Part shown: piece by piece, positions 25,660-34,196 of the stretch
Layout: every line of letters begins with the position of its first letter
Numbering within the stretch: the stretch's first letter is position 1
Assembly: GCA_039811185.1 (NCBI GenBank)
Contig: JBDHYF010000001.1
Location: 34,458-98,457 of the forward strand
Length of the DNA stretch: 64,000 bases
Direction: 5' to 3'
From: Chitinophagaceae bacterium
GTDB taxonomy: Bacteria > Bacteroidota > Bacteroidia > Chitinophagales > Chitinophagaceae
The notes under the pieces: generated by a model
What the model was told of the DNA's origin: nothing
Databases searched by the model: none
Seen by the model: only the letters and a program-made list of their open reading frames with translations
Made by a program: the position numbers and the translations under genes

Positions 25660-27474
25660 ATGAAGAAATTTTTTAGAATATTCACGACGGCAAAAACCTT
25701 CCGTTTAAACCTTGTGCTGTACGGTATATTCATTTTGCTCTCCGTATTTTTCGGCATTTTTTCCATTAGCATGCTCGCGCCTTTCCTCGACCTTCTCTTT
25801 AACTCAAAAGCGCTCGTTGACAGTTCAGCAACCGCCGCCTCCGGCACGGATATTAAGCTGATGTTTTACAGCTATCTGCAAAACGTAAAAGCCGATTACG
25901 GCAGCAAAAAGCTGCTCGCAGTAATCTGCGTGAGCATTGTAATCATGATCTTCCTCAAAAACGTTTTCCTGTATTTAAGCTTTTATGTGTTAGCGCCGGT
26001 ACGGGCATCTATCTCAAATAACTTTGCAAAAACCGTTTATAATAAGTTACTCCAACTGCCGATAGGGTTTTTTACGGATCAGAAAAAGGGAGATATCATG
26101 AGCCGCGCCTCCAACGATGTTTCAGAACTTGAAATGGCGGTTTCAGGAACACTCGAAGCTTTTTTTAAAGAACCAATCACCATCATTGCATTATTGTCGG
26201 CGCTTCTTTTTATCAGCCCTCAGCTTACGCTTTTCGTTTTAATTTTTCTTCCTCTTTCCGGATTTGTCGTAGCGCGGGTGGGTCGCACGTTGAAAAAACA
26301 AACCAACCAAGCTCAGGTTAAATGGGCCGAAGTGCTTACACAGCTGGAAGAAACCCTCGGCGGAATGCGGATAATTAAAGCGTTTAACGCCGAACAAAAA
26401 TTACGCGCAGCCTATTACAAGCTGAACGACCAATTATTTAAGATTAAAGTAAAGATGCAGCTCCGCAAAGACCTTGCTTCGCCGATGTCGGAATTTTTAG
26501 GTGTTTGCATTTTGATTGTGGTGCTGTGGTTCGGTGGCAACCTGGTCCTCGAAAACAAATTGCTTTCGTCGGGAATGTTTATCACCTACGTAGCATTGTT
26601 CTCTCAAATAATTAATCCCGCCAAAGCGCTATCTACCACTTATTATCAAATGTTGCGCGGCGTTGCCACTCTCGACCGCATGGACGAGATTTTGCTGATG
26701 CCCAACAAAATTGAAGAGAAGAAAGACGCAGTGGATCTGAGCGATTTTAAAGACAAAATTCAATTTAAAAACGTTTCGTTTTCGTATCAGGAAAAGGTAA
26801 TTTTAAAGGACATCAACCTCACTATAAAAAAAGGTGAAACCGTTGCGCTCGTAGGCGCTTCGGGCGCAGGAAAAAGTACGATGGCCGACTTAATTCCGCG
26901 ATTCCACGATGTGAGCTCAGGCGAATTATTAATTGATGGGATAAACATTAAAGACTATTCACTCGCGAGCCTCAGAAACAAAATCAGCATCGTTACCCAA
27001 GAGCCGATTTTGTTTAATGATTCCGTAGCCAACAACATTGCACTCGGTAAAGAAAATGCAACCGAAGAAGAAATCCGTGAAGCTGCAATGGTTGCCAATG
27101 CGTGGGATTTTATCCAGAAAAAAGAAGAGCAGCTTCATACTAACGTTGGCGATCGCGGTTCAAAGCTCAGTGGCGGCGAACGGCAACGAGTAACGATTGC
27201 AAGAGCTTTGGTTAAGAATCCGCCGATTCTGATTCTGGATGAAGCCACTTCTTCTCTGGATACAGAAAGCGAACGGCTGGTGCAGGATGCCATCAATAAA
27301 ATGATGAATAACCGCACCGCTGTGGTGATTGCCCACCGCCTGAGTACGATTAGAAATGCTGACCAAATTATTGTTTTAGATCAGGGCGAAATTGTAGAAC
27401 GCGGATCGCACGAAGAGCTTCTTGCAAACAACGGCCGCTACAAAATGCTGATCGATATGCAGGAAGTGAAATAA
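25660..27474 (+). CDS. ABC exporter half-transporter (TMD-NBD fusion)
   Basis: Six TM helices, then Walker A GASGAGKST, signature LSGGERQR, Walker B ILILDEATS, and H-loop AHRLST. Confidence 0.9.
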   Translation: MKKFFRIFTTAKTFRLNLVLYGIFILLSVFFGIFSISMLAPFLDLLFNSKALVDSSATAASGTDIKLMFYSYLQNVKADYGSKKLLAVICVSIVIMIFLKNVFLYLSFYVLAPVRASISNNFAKTVYNKLLQLPIGFFTDQKKGDIMSRASNDVSELEMAVSGTLEAFFKEPITIIALLSALLFISPQLTLFVLIFLPLSGFVVARVGRTLKKQTNQAQVKWAEVLTQLEETLGGMRIIKAFNAEQKLRAAYYKLNDQLFKIKVKMQLRKDLASPMSEFLGVCILIVVLWFGGNLVLENKLLSSGMFITYVALFSQIINPAKALSTTYYQMLRGVATLDRMDEILLMPNKIEEKKDAVDLSDFKDKIQFKNVSFSYQEKVILKDINLTIKKGETVALVGASGAGKSTMADLIPRFHDVSSGELLIDGINIKDYSLASLRNKISIVTQEPILFNDSVANNIALGKENATEEEIREAAMVANAWDFIQKKEEQLHTNVGDRGSKLSGGERQRVTIARALVKNPPILILDEATSSLDTESERLVQDAINKMMNNRTAVVIAHRLSTIRNADQIIVLDQGEIVERGSHEELLANNGRYKMLIDMQEVK

Positions 27475-27480
27475 CATTAC

Positions 27481-29292
27481 ATGAAATTATTACTGCTCTA
27501 TTTAAAACCGTATAAATGGCTGGTGTTATTGGCGCTGTTTCTTGCAGCAATTAACCAGTCGTTTTCCATGCTCGATCCCTATTTTTTCGGAAAAGTGTTC
27601 GACCTGTTTCTGACGCATCCGTACGAAAAAGGCTATTACGAAAACAGCCGTTTTGTTGTTACAGGCCGGCGAACAGAATCGGAATTTTTATGGGGTGTAG
27701 CCGGCTACCTCGGCATTCTTATAGGAGTTGCCATGGTTTCGCGTATTGCCAAAGCGTTTCAGGACTATTTCAGCAATGTAATTGTTCAGAAATTTGGAGC
27801 CAGAATTTTCACCGACGGATTGAAGCATTCCATGAAGCTGCCTTTTCAGGATTTTGAAGACCAACGCAGCGGCGAAACCCTTTCTATTCTTACCAAAGTG
27901 CGCACCGATACCGAGAAGTTTATCATCGCATTTATAAACGTTCTGTTTGCCATTTTAGTGGGTATTGTCTTTGTGTCGGTCTATGCGTTCAGCCTTCATT
28001 GGTCTATCATGCCGATCTATGCAGGTGGAATTTTTCTTTTGGCATTGCTCACCGGGTTCCTCTCCAAAAAAATAAAGTTTATTCAAAAGAAAATTGTGCG
28101 GGCAACGAATGCGCTTGCAGGTTCAACCACCGAGTCGCTTCGCAACATTGAACTGGTGAAAAGCCTCGGACTCACCGGACAGGAAATTGAGCGGCTGAAT
28201 TTAAACACCTATAAAATTTTAGGACTTGAATTAAGGAAGGTGAAAAGCATTCGGTCACTCAGCTTCGTTCAGGGAACATTTGTAAATCTGCTGCGGCAAA
28301 TCATCATGTTTACTTTGCTGTGGCTCGTTTTCCAGGGCAGGCTTACGCCCGGACAAGTAATGACGCTCACCTTCTACTCCTTCTTTATATTTGGTCCGCT
28401 TCAGGAAATCGGCAACATTATTTTATCTTATCGCGAAGCGCAGGCTTCTCTTCAAAATTTCGATACTTTAATGAAGAAGCCAACGGAAAAGCAGCCCGCT
28501 GCTCCTTTAACGCTTGGACCCGTAACCGAACTTGCGTTCAGGCAGGTTAGTTTCAAACATCAATCGGCTTCCTTTCGCGCAATCGACAACATGAGCTTCT
28601 CAGCGGCTAAAGGCGAAACCATTGCTTTTGCAGGCCCTTCCGGATCCGGAAAAAGCACACTCGTAAAATTATTGGTCGGACTCTATAAGCCCGAAAGCGG
28701 GGCCATCGTTTACAACGAAAAAAGCAGCGAAGAAATAGACCTCGATGAACTTAGAAAACAGATTGGATTTGTTACACAGGATACCCAGTTATTTGCCGGA
28801 ACCATAAAAGAAAATATGTTGTTTGTTGCGCCCGGCGCATCAGACGAAGAAATGACACAGGCCCTGTACAAAGCAAGTTGTCAGTCTATCTTAAACAAGA
28901 GCGAAAACGGGCTGGAAACAATTATCGGTGAAGGCGGGCTGAAACTGAGCGGCGGCGAGAAACAACGCCTCAGCATTGCAAGAGCACTGCTGCGCAATCC
29001 CAACATTCTCATTTTCGATGAAGCAACGTCGGCGCTCGATTCTATCACGGAAGAAGAAATCACCAACACCATTAAATCTATTTCCCTCAGCCAGCAACAA
29101 ATCACCATTCTTATTGCACACCGCCTCAGCACAATTATGCACGCAGACAGAATTTTTGTACTGGAAAAAGGCGCCGTAGTGGAAACCGGCACCCACCTGC
29201 AACTCCTTGCAGAGAAAGGCCTTTATTACGCTATGTGGCGACAGCAAATCGGCGAACGCAAGTCCACCTCACAGGCAGAGCTGTTAGCTTAA
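27481..29292 (+). CDS. ABC exporter half-transporter (TMD-NBD fusion), probable heterodimer partner
   Basis: It starts 6 nt after the previous gene. Motifs: Walker A GPSGSGKST, signature LSGGEKQR, Walker B ILIFDEATS, H-loop AHRLST. Confidence 0.9.
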   Translation: MKLLLLYLKPYKWLVLLALFLAAINQSFSMLDPYFFGKVFDLFLTHPYEKGYYENSRFVVTGRRTESEFLWGVAGYLGILIGVAMVSRIAKAFQDYFSNVIVQKFGARIFTDGLKHSMKLPFQDFEDQRSGETLSILTKVRTDTEKFIIAFINVLFAILVGIVFVSVYAFSLHWSIMPIYAGGIFLLALLTGFLSKKIKFIQKKIVRATNALAGSTTESLRNIELVKSLGLTGQEIERLNLNTYKILGLELRKVKSIRSLSFVQGTFVNLLRQIIMFTLLWLVFQGRLTPGQVMTLTFYSFFIFGPLQEIGNIILSYREAQASLQNFDTLMKKPTEKQPAAPLTLGPVTELAFRQVSFKHQSASFRAIDNMSFSAAKGETIAFAGPSGSGKSTLVKLLVGLYKPESGAIVYNEKSSEEIDLDELRKQIGFVTQDTQLFAGTIKENMLFVAPGASDEEMTQALYKASCQSILNKSENGLETIIGEGGLKLSGGEKQRLSIARALLRNPNILIFDEATSALDSITEEEITNTIKSISLSQQQITILIAHRLSTIMHADRIFVLEKGAVVETGTHLQLLAEKGLYYAMWRQQIGERKSTSQAELLA

Positions 29293-29318
29293 ACGCTTTT
29301 TAGTATATTTTCGGGTGA

Positions 29319-29852
29319 ATGGAAAATGTAGTGCTGGTAAACGAACGCGACGAACCCACAGGCACCTGCGAAAAAATGCATGCTCACCGCAACGCGTTGC
29401 TGCATCGTGCTTTCAGCGTTTTTGTACTGAACGAAAAAGGCGAAATGTTGTTACAGCAACGGGCGCTGAACAAATACCACAGCGGCGGACTCTGGACGAA
29501 TGCCTGTTGCAGTCATCCGCGGCCCGGGGAAGATATACGGACCGCAGCTGAGCGCAGAGTGCGGGAAGAACTCGGACTGACTGTGCAGCCAGAAAAATTG
29601 TTCGATTTTGTTTATATAGCGGAGGTCGGAAACGGCCTTTGGGAGCACGAACTGGATCATGTGTTTATTGCAACCGCTGCCGGGCCAATAAAGGCAGATG
29701 AGCTTGAGATTATGGATACGCGTTTTTCAACCATAGCTGCCATTGAGCGGGAAATAGCGGGGCATGAAGAACGTTTTACTGTGTGGTTTAAAATTGCGTT
29801 TCCTAAAGTAGCAGCCCGGCTAAAAACGGATTTGCCGCGCATGTGCTCTTAG
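29319..29852 (+). CDS. idi: Isopentenyl-diphosphate delta-isomerase, type 1
   Basis: LHRAFSVFVLN...LLQQRALNKYHSGGLWTNACCSHP and WEHELDHVF form the canonical type-1 IDI/Nudix pattern. Confidence 0.9.
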   Translation: MENVVLVNERDEPTGTCEKMHAHRNALLHRAFSVFVLNEKGEMLLQQRALNKYHSGGLWTNACCSHPRPGEDIRTAAERRVREELGLTVQPEKLFDFVYIAEVGNGLWEHELDHVFIATAAGPIKADELEIMDTRFSTIAAIEREIAGHEERFTVWFKIAFPKVAARLKTDLPRMCS

Positions 29853-30305
29853 CCCTTTTCGAAGCGCATCTTTAAAGTCGTCCGGCATCTCATCTTTCGG
29901 AACAAGAAAGAATGATTTTGCCGAAAAATAAAGATGAAAAAAGGTTTCTGTTTCAAAATAAGATTGAACAGCAGACCACTTCCAATCTACATAACCCCGT
30001 TCATTTTCGAGCCGCAGCCCATCATCATTTACTTGCAGATTAAAACGGTCTTTAAATGTTTTTTCTTTCCGATAGATTGTAAACGGCAGAATGAAAAAAA
30101 TACCGATGATGAGAAACACCCAGATAAAAGATCCGAGCAAAAAAGGCTCCGGTCGTATTTTATGCATGAAATATAACACAGCCGAAGTGATGGCAAAAAC
30201 GTTTACCAAAATAATCATCAGCCGGATTTCTTTGCGCGAAAGAAAATGCCGTCTCAATGCTTGTATTACCTTGTTTTTATTGTAGCTGAATGCGAAATGA
30301 TACAT
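29820..30305 (-). CDS. YcxB-like small membrane protein
   Basis: The track start at 30323 is TTG; the first ATG is at 30305. It has two central TM helices and a C-terminal YcxB-like region. Its 3' end overlaps the idi 3' end by 33 nt (convergent). Confidence 0.5.
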   Translation of the reverse strand: MYHFAFSYNKNKVIQALRRHFLSRKEIRLMIILVNVFAITSAVLYFMHKIRPEPFLLGSFIWVFLIIGIFFILPFTIYRKEKTFKDRFNLQVNDDGLRLENERGYVDWKWSAVQSYFETETFFHLYFSAKSFFLVPKDEMPDDFKDALRKGLRAHARQIRF

Positions 30306-30361
30306 AGCGTCAAAAGTAATCAACCCTACCGCAAATCGACACGTTAGGATTTTAATCCTTA

Positions 30362-30637
30362 CTATTTTTCTACAGGCGCATTTTTTCCCTCTTCGTCCGG
30401 TGGCAGATGTATGGGTTTGTTTTTGTTACTGCCCGATACGGGTTCGAGGTTCTTGTCTTCAAAGCGGTCAACCGGTGTATCGGAAACCGGAATTTGATTT
30501 GGTTTTGAAGCCGGTTGTTTGACATTGCTTTTCTTAGAAGTGCCTGACGATTTTTTAGTAAACGCCGACTTAGCGGATGACGATTGTTTTCTGGATGTTG
30601 CCTTAGCGCCCGAAGATTTTTTAATTGATTTTGCCAT
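30362..30637 (-). CDS. Small Lys/Ser-rich disordered protein
   Basis: ATG start with a TAAATTTG -7 box 5 nt upstream. The N-half is basic (K/S/T-rich) and the C-half acidic. The competing frame (30370-30645) starts at TTG and was rejected. Confidence 0.5.
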   Translation of the reverse strand: MAKSIKKSSGAKATSRKQSSSAKSAFTKKSSGTSKKSNVKQPASKPNQIPVSDTPVDRFEDKNLEPVSGSNKNKPIHLPPDEEGKNAPVEK

Positions 30638-30642
30638 GTTAT

Positions 30643-30650
30643 CAAATTTA
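30643..30650 (-). promoter_or_regulatory. -7 box TAAATTTG abutting the Lys/Ser-rich small gene
   Basis: Exact match on the minus strand with 5 nt between the box and ATG 30637. Confidence 0.45.
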
Positions 30651-30687
30651 ATGAACCATCCTACTTTACATCAACATCAACCCTTGC

Positions 30688-31464
30688 TTAGCATCCTCTG
30701 AAAACCGGTTTTCGTTTTTCTAAAAATGCTTTTACCCCTTCCTCAAAGTCGGCAGTGGCTGCTGCTTTTTGCTGAAACTCGTCTTCTAACTGCAATTGTT
30801 CGTCCAAAGAACTTGTGAGCGACTTCTGAACCGCCATTTTTGTATAATACAACCCTCTTGTTGGCATGGAAGCCAGTGTGGATGCCATTTTCAGCGTTTC
30901 AGACATAAAGGAATCATCCGGAAAAACCTTGAAAACGAGTCCGGCTTTTTCCGCTTGTTCAGCAGTTAATTTATCGCCCGTCATCATTAACGCCAAAGCC
31001 TTCTGCCTTCCTATAAGGCGGGGCAAAAAGTAGGTGCCGCCACTATCGGGAATCAATCCAATTTTCGAGAAAGCCTGTATAAAAGAGGCTGAACCGGATG
31101 CTATTACGATATCGCAACACAGGGCAATGTTAGCACCGGCGCCGGCTGCAACGCCATTTACCGCGCCGATAACGGGTTTAGTGAGATCGGTAATTTTTTT
31201 TACGATGGGATTGTAATGCTCCGATAAAATTTTCTTCATTCCGGGTCCATTCGGATCAACCACTTCGGCGAGGTCTTGTCCGGCGGAAAAAGCTTTACCG
31301 GAGCCGGTGATCACCACACATCTTACCTCTTCCGAAAGATTGCAGTCGTCCAATTTCTCCTGCATCAGCAACGCCATTTCGCGGTTAAAAGAATTGAGCT
31401 TTTCCGGGCGGTTTAAGGTAATTGTGGCTACCCCGTCTTTCTTGGTGTAAAGGATTGCGTCCAT
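30688..31464 (-). CDS. Enoyl-CoA hydratase/isomerase (crotonase; PaaG/PaaF-like by context)
   Basis: ITLNRPEKLNSF and GSGKAFSAGQDL oxyanion-hole pattern. It sits directly downstream of paaD. Confidence 0.8.
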   Translation of the reverse strand: MDAILYTKKDGVATITLNRPEKLNSFNREMALLMQEKLDDCNLSEEVRCVVITGSGKAFSAGQDLAEVVDPNGPGMKKILSEHYNPIVKKITDLTKPVIGAVNGVAAGAGANIALCCDIVIASGSASFIQAFSKIGLIPDSGGTYFLPRLIGRQKALALMMTGDKLTAEQAEKAGLVFKVFPDDSFMSETLKMASTLASMPTRGLYYTKMAVQKSLTSSLDEQLQLEDEFQQKAAATADFEEGVKAFLEKRKPVFRGC

Positions 31465-31468
31465 ACTG

Positions 31469-31476
31469 CAAACATA
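31469..31476 (-). promoter_or_regulatory. -7 box TATGTTTG abutting the crotonase start
   Basis: Exact match on the minus strand with 4 nt between the box and ATG 31464. Confidence 0.4.
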
Positions 31477-31500
31477 GAGTATAGCAGTAAAGAAATCCCG

Positions 31501-32010
31501 TTAATGGCACTTAAAATAATCGAAGGGCTCCAGGCAGTCGTTGCATCTGTATAAAGCCTTACACGGTGTTGAACCGAAGCGGCTTATTTGAGTAGTGTGA
31601 TAAGAATTGCAGTGCGGGCATTGAACGGCTTCTTCCTGCGAAAAGGCTTCCGGTTCGCAAACCACTTGCTTATCGTTCGGCGGAGCGATGCCGTATGCCT
31701 TCAACTTTTGCTTTCCTGCTGCCGAAATCCATTCGGTTGTCCATGCAGGCGACAGCACCATTTTTATTTCGAAATTTTTGTATCCGGCGGCAAGCATCGC
31801 CATGCGAATGCTCATATTAATCACATCGGTTGCAGGACAACCGCTATATGTTGGCGTTAGCGTGATGACGATGGTTTCGTTAGCAACGCAAACCTCTCTG
31901 ACCATGCCCAAATCAACCACCGAAACAACCGGCACTTCCGGATCGTTTACGGTTTCCAGCACTTTCCATATATCGGCAATTCGTTTCTCCACCGGCATGC
32001 TATTTACCAT
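31501..32010 (-). CDS. paaD: 1,2-phenylacetyl-CoA epoxidase subunit D (PaaD/PaaJ)
   Basis: DUF59-like N-domain (DPEVPVVSVVDLGMV) and a C-terminal Cys4 (CPHC...CNDC). It overlaps the paaC stop by 7 nt. Confidence 0.85.
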   Translation of the reverse strand: MVNSMPVEKRIADIWKVLETVNDPEVPVVSVVDLGMVREVCVANETIVITLTPTYSGCPATDVINMSIRMAMLAAGYKNFEIKMVLSPAWTTEWISAAGKQKLKAYGIAPPNDKQVVCEPEAFSQEEAVQCPHCNSYHTTQISRFGSTPCKALYRCNDCLEPFDYFKCH

Positions 32011-32807
32011 TCTGCTCCCGGATAAGCGCGTTGTAAAAACTGCATCTCGGCTAAGATAAATCCAAGATATTCGGTATGCACACCTTGTTTTCCGCCGCGC
32101 TGATGTTGGGCAGCAGCAGGCACTTCGAGCCCGGCTTCTGCAAAAACGGAGGTAACCTTAGCGCCCCAATTTTCTTTGTGTTTTTCAGGTGCCGGTGCAA
32201 TGCCTTGCGCTTCCATATCTTTTTCATAGTCGGCTGCTTCAAACCATTCGCCGGTAAAAGGCCATAGGTCGGCAACAGCTTTTTCCATTCTTTTCCGGCT
32301 TTCCGTTGTTCCATCGCCCAGCCGTATCACCCATTCGCTGCTCCATTTTATATGATAGCTTACTTCTTTCAGAGCTTTTTCTGAAATGGCAGCAATTTGT
32401 TTATCGTTGCTTTTCTCCAGCGCTTTGTAGGAGTAGTACTGAAAGCAGCTCACAAAAAATTGTCGCGCTACCGTAACTGCCCAGTCGCCTTTTGGCAATT
32501 CGCAGATGAGAAGATTTTTAAAATCCCACGCATCACGCAAATAGGCAAGATCATCTTCGGTAACCTGCTGTTCACCGTTTGCAGAGATTAACTCGGCAGC
32601 ATACTGATAAAAATTGCGCGCCTGACCCAACAGGTCGAGCGAAATATTAGTGATGGCGATGTCCTGCTCCAGCACGGGGCCATGTCCACACCATTCACTG
32701 TTGCGGTGGCCAAGAATTAAAGAGCTGTCAGCGAGATGTAGCAGAAACGCAATTTTCCGGTTCAGCGCTTCATTATTCGTTTGAAAAGATTGGAGTAGCA
32801 TGGACAC
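32004..32807 (-). CDS. paaC: 1,2-phenylacetyl-CoA epoxidase subunit C (PaaC/PaaI)
   Basis: Ferritin-like helices with a typical PaaC N-terminus (LLHLADSSLILGHRNSEW). The start is GTG 32807 or ATG 32801. Confidence 0.85.
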   Translation of the reverse strand: MSMLLQSFQTNNEALNRKIAFLLHLADSSLILGHRNSEWCGHGPVLEQDIAITNISLDLLGQARNFYQYAAELISANGEQQVTEDDLAYLRDAWDFKNLLICELPKGDWAVTVARQFFVSCFQYYSYKALEKSNDKQIAAISEKALKEVSYHIKWSSEWVIRLGDGTTESRKRMEKAVADLWPFTGEWFEAADYEKDMEAQGIAPAPEKHKENWGAKVTSVFAEAGLEVPAAAQHQRGGKQGVHTEYLGFILAEMQFLQRAYPGAEW

Positions 32808-32817
32808 ACTTTAAGAA

Positions 32818-33174
32818 TTACATGTGGGTAAGTTCGTCGGGAAGATCGTAAAACGTGGGATGGCGATAAGCTTTATCGTTTGCGGGATCGAAAAAGCTTC
32901 CTGATTCCGAAGGATTACTGGCAAAAATATGTCGGCTCTCCACTACCCAAATGCTTACACCTTCCATTCTTCTTGTATACACATCGCGTGCATTTTCAAT
33001 AGCCATTTTTGCGTCTGCCGCATGAAGGCTTCCGGCGTGCTTATGGTCGAGGCCGGCCTTGCTTCTGATAAAAACCTCCCAAAGCGGCCATTCAGAAGAA
33101 TTACCCCCTGAACCGGATGCACCACCCTCAATCTCACCATAATCGCCGTAAAAAAATTTTCTGAAAATCTGCAT
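32818..33174 (-). CDS. paaB: 1,2-phenylacetyl-CoA epoxidase subunit B
   Basis: The EWPLWEVFIRSKAGLDHKHAGSLHA core is canonical PaaB. ATG 33174 avoids overlap with paaA and leaves an about 27 aa Gly/Ser-rich N-terminal extension. Confidence 0.88.
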   Translation of the reverse strand: MQIFRKFFYGDYGEIEGGASGSGGNSSEWPLWEVFIRSKAGLDHKHAGSLHAADAKMAIENARDVYTRRMEGVSIWVVESRHIFASNPSESGSFFDPANDKAYRHPTFYDLPDELTHM

Positions 33175-33191
33175 AATAATCGTTTTGTCGG

Positions 33192-34136
33192 TTAAGCAAC
33201 CGCAAGTTTCTGACTGCGGGATTTTTGTTTTTCGGCATAAGCTATAGCGGCATCGCGTACCCATTTGCCATTGTCCCATGCCTGTCGTCTTGCTTCCAGG
33301 CGCTGGTGGTTACAAGGGCCGTTTCCTTTCACCACATTCCAGAACTCATCCCAGTTTATTTCGCCGAAATCGTAATGTTGCTTTTCTTCATTCCATTTCA
33401 AATCCGGATCGGGCAAGGTCATTCCGAGAATTTTCACCTGCTCTGCACAAACGTCTATAAACTTCTGGCGAAGTTCATCATTGGAAAACCGCTTAATCTT
33501 CCATTTCATATTTTGTACCGTATGCGGCGATTCATCATCTTTCGGTCCAAACATCATTACAGATGGCCACCACCAGCGGTTAATCGCATCCTGACACATT
33601 CTTACTTGCGCTTCGCTGCCACGACTGAGAAATAACAGCAACTCAAATCCCTGACGCTGATGAAAACTTTCTTCCTTACAAATTCTTACCATCGCCCTTG
33701 CATAGGGGCCGTACGATGTACGACATAAGGGCACCTGATTCATGATGGCCGCACCGTCCACCAGCCAGCCGATTGCACCCATATCGGCCCATGTAATTGT
33801 AGGATAGTTAAAGATGGAAGAATATTTTGCACGTCCGGTGTGCAACTGATCGAGCATCTCGTCGCGCGAAATGCCGAGTGTTTCGGCTGCCGAATATAAA
33901 TAGAGGCCGTGCCCCGCTTCATCCTGCACCTTGGCAAGCAAAATGGCTTTACGGCGCAGCGAAGGCGCACGTGTTATCCAGTTTCCTTCAGGCAGCATTC
34001 CAACAATTTCGCTGTGTGCGTGCTGGCTGATTTGGCGGATAAGTGTTTGGCGATATTTTTCCGGCATCCAGTCTTTCGGCTCAATGCGGATTTCCTGATC
34101 TATTTTGTCTTGAAATATGAATTCTTTTTCCTGCAT
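33192..34136 (-). CDS. paaA: 1,2-phenylacetyl-CoA epoxidase catalytic subunit A
   Basis: Di-iron ferritin-like motifs are present ([20 protein letters not shown]). ATG 34136 was preferred over TTG 34184. Confidence 0.9.
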   Translation of the reverse strand: MQEKEFIFQDKIDQEIRIEPKDWMPEKYRQTLIRQISQHAHSEIVGMLPEGNWITRAPSLRRKAILLAKVQDEAGHGLYLYSAAETLGISRDEMLDQLHTGRAKYSSIFNYPTITWADMGAIGWLVDGAAIMNQVPLCRTSYGPYARAMVRICKEESFHQRQGFELLLFLSRGSEAQVRMCQDAINRWWWPSVMMFGPKDDESPHTVQNMKWKIKRFSNDELRQKFIDVCAEQVKILGMTLPDPDLKWNEEKQHYDFGEINWDEFWNVVKGNGPCNHQRLEARRQAWDNGKWVRDAAIAYAEKQKSRSQKLAVA

Positions 34137-34196
34137 AATCCTTGTTTTCCGGGGTGTTGTAAAACCGTTTTCGTTGCTAAGCAAGTAAGATAGCGA

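Noticed and set aside
29820-29852. 33-nt convergent overlap of the idi and YcxB-like 3' ends; also a 28-nt overlap at 62358-62385 and a 4-nt overlap at 51496-51499
   Set aside because: Convergent 3' overlaps are common in compact genomes. They could produce antisense interference, but nothing in the sequence indicates a dedicated mechanism.
30370-30645. Alternative 91-aa ORF overlapping the Lys/Ser-rich gene in another frame
   Set aside because: It starts at TTG. The ATG frame has the promoter box at the characteristic 5-nt spacing. A dual open frame is expected in low-complexity A/G-rich sequence.
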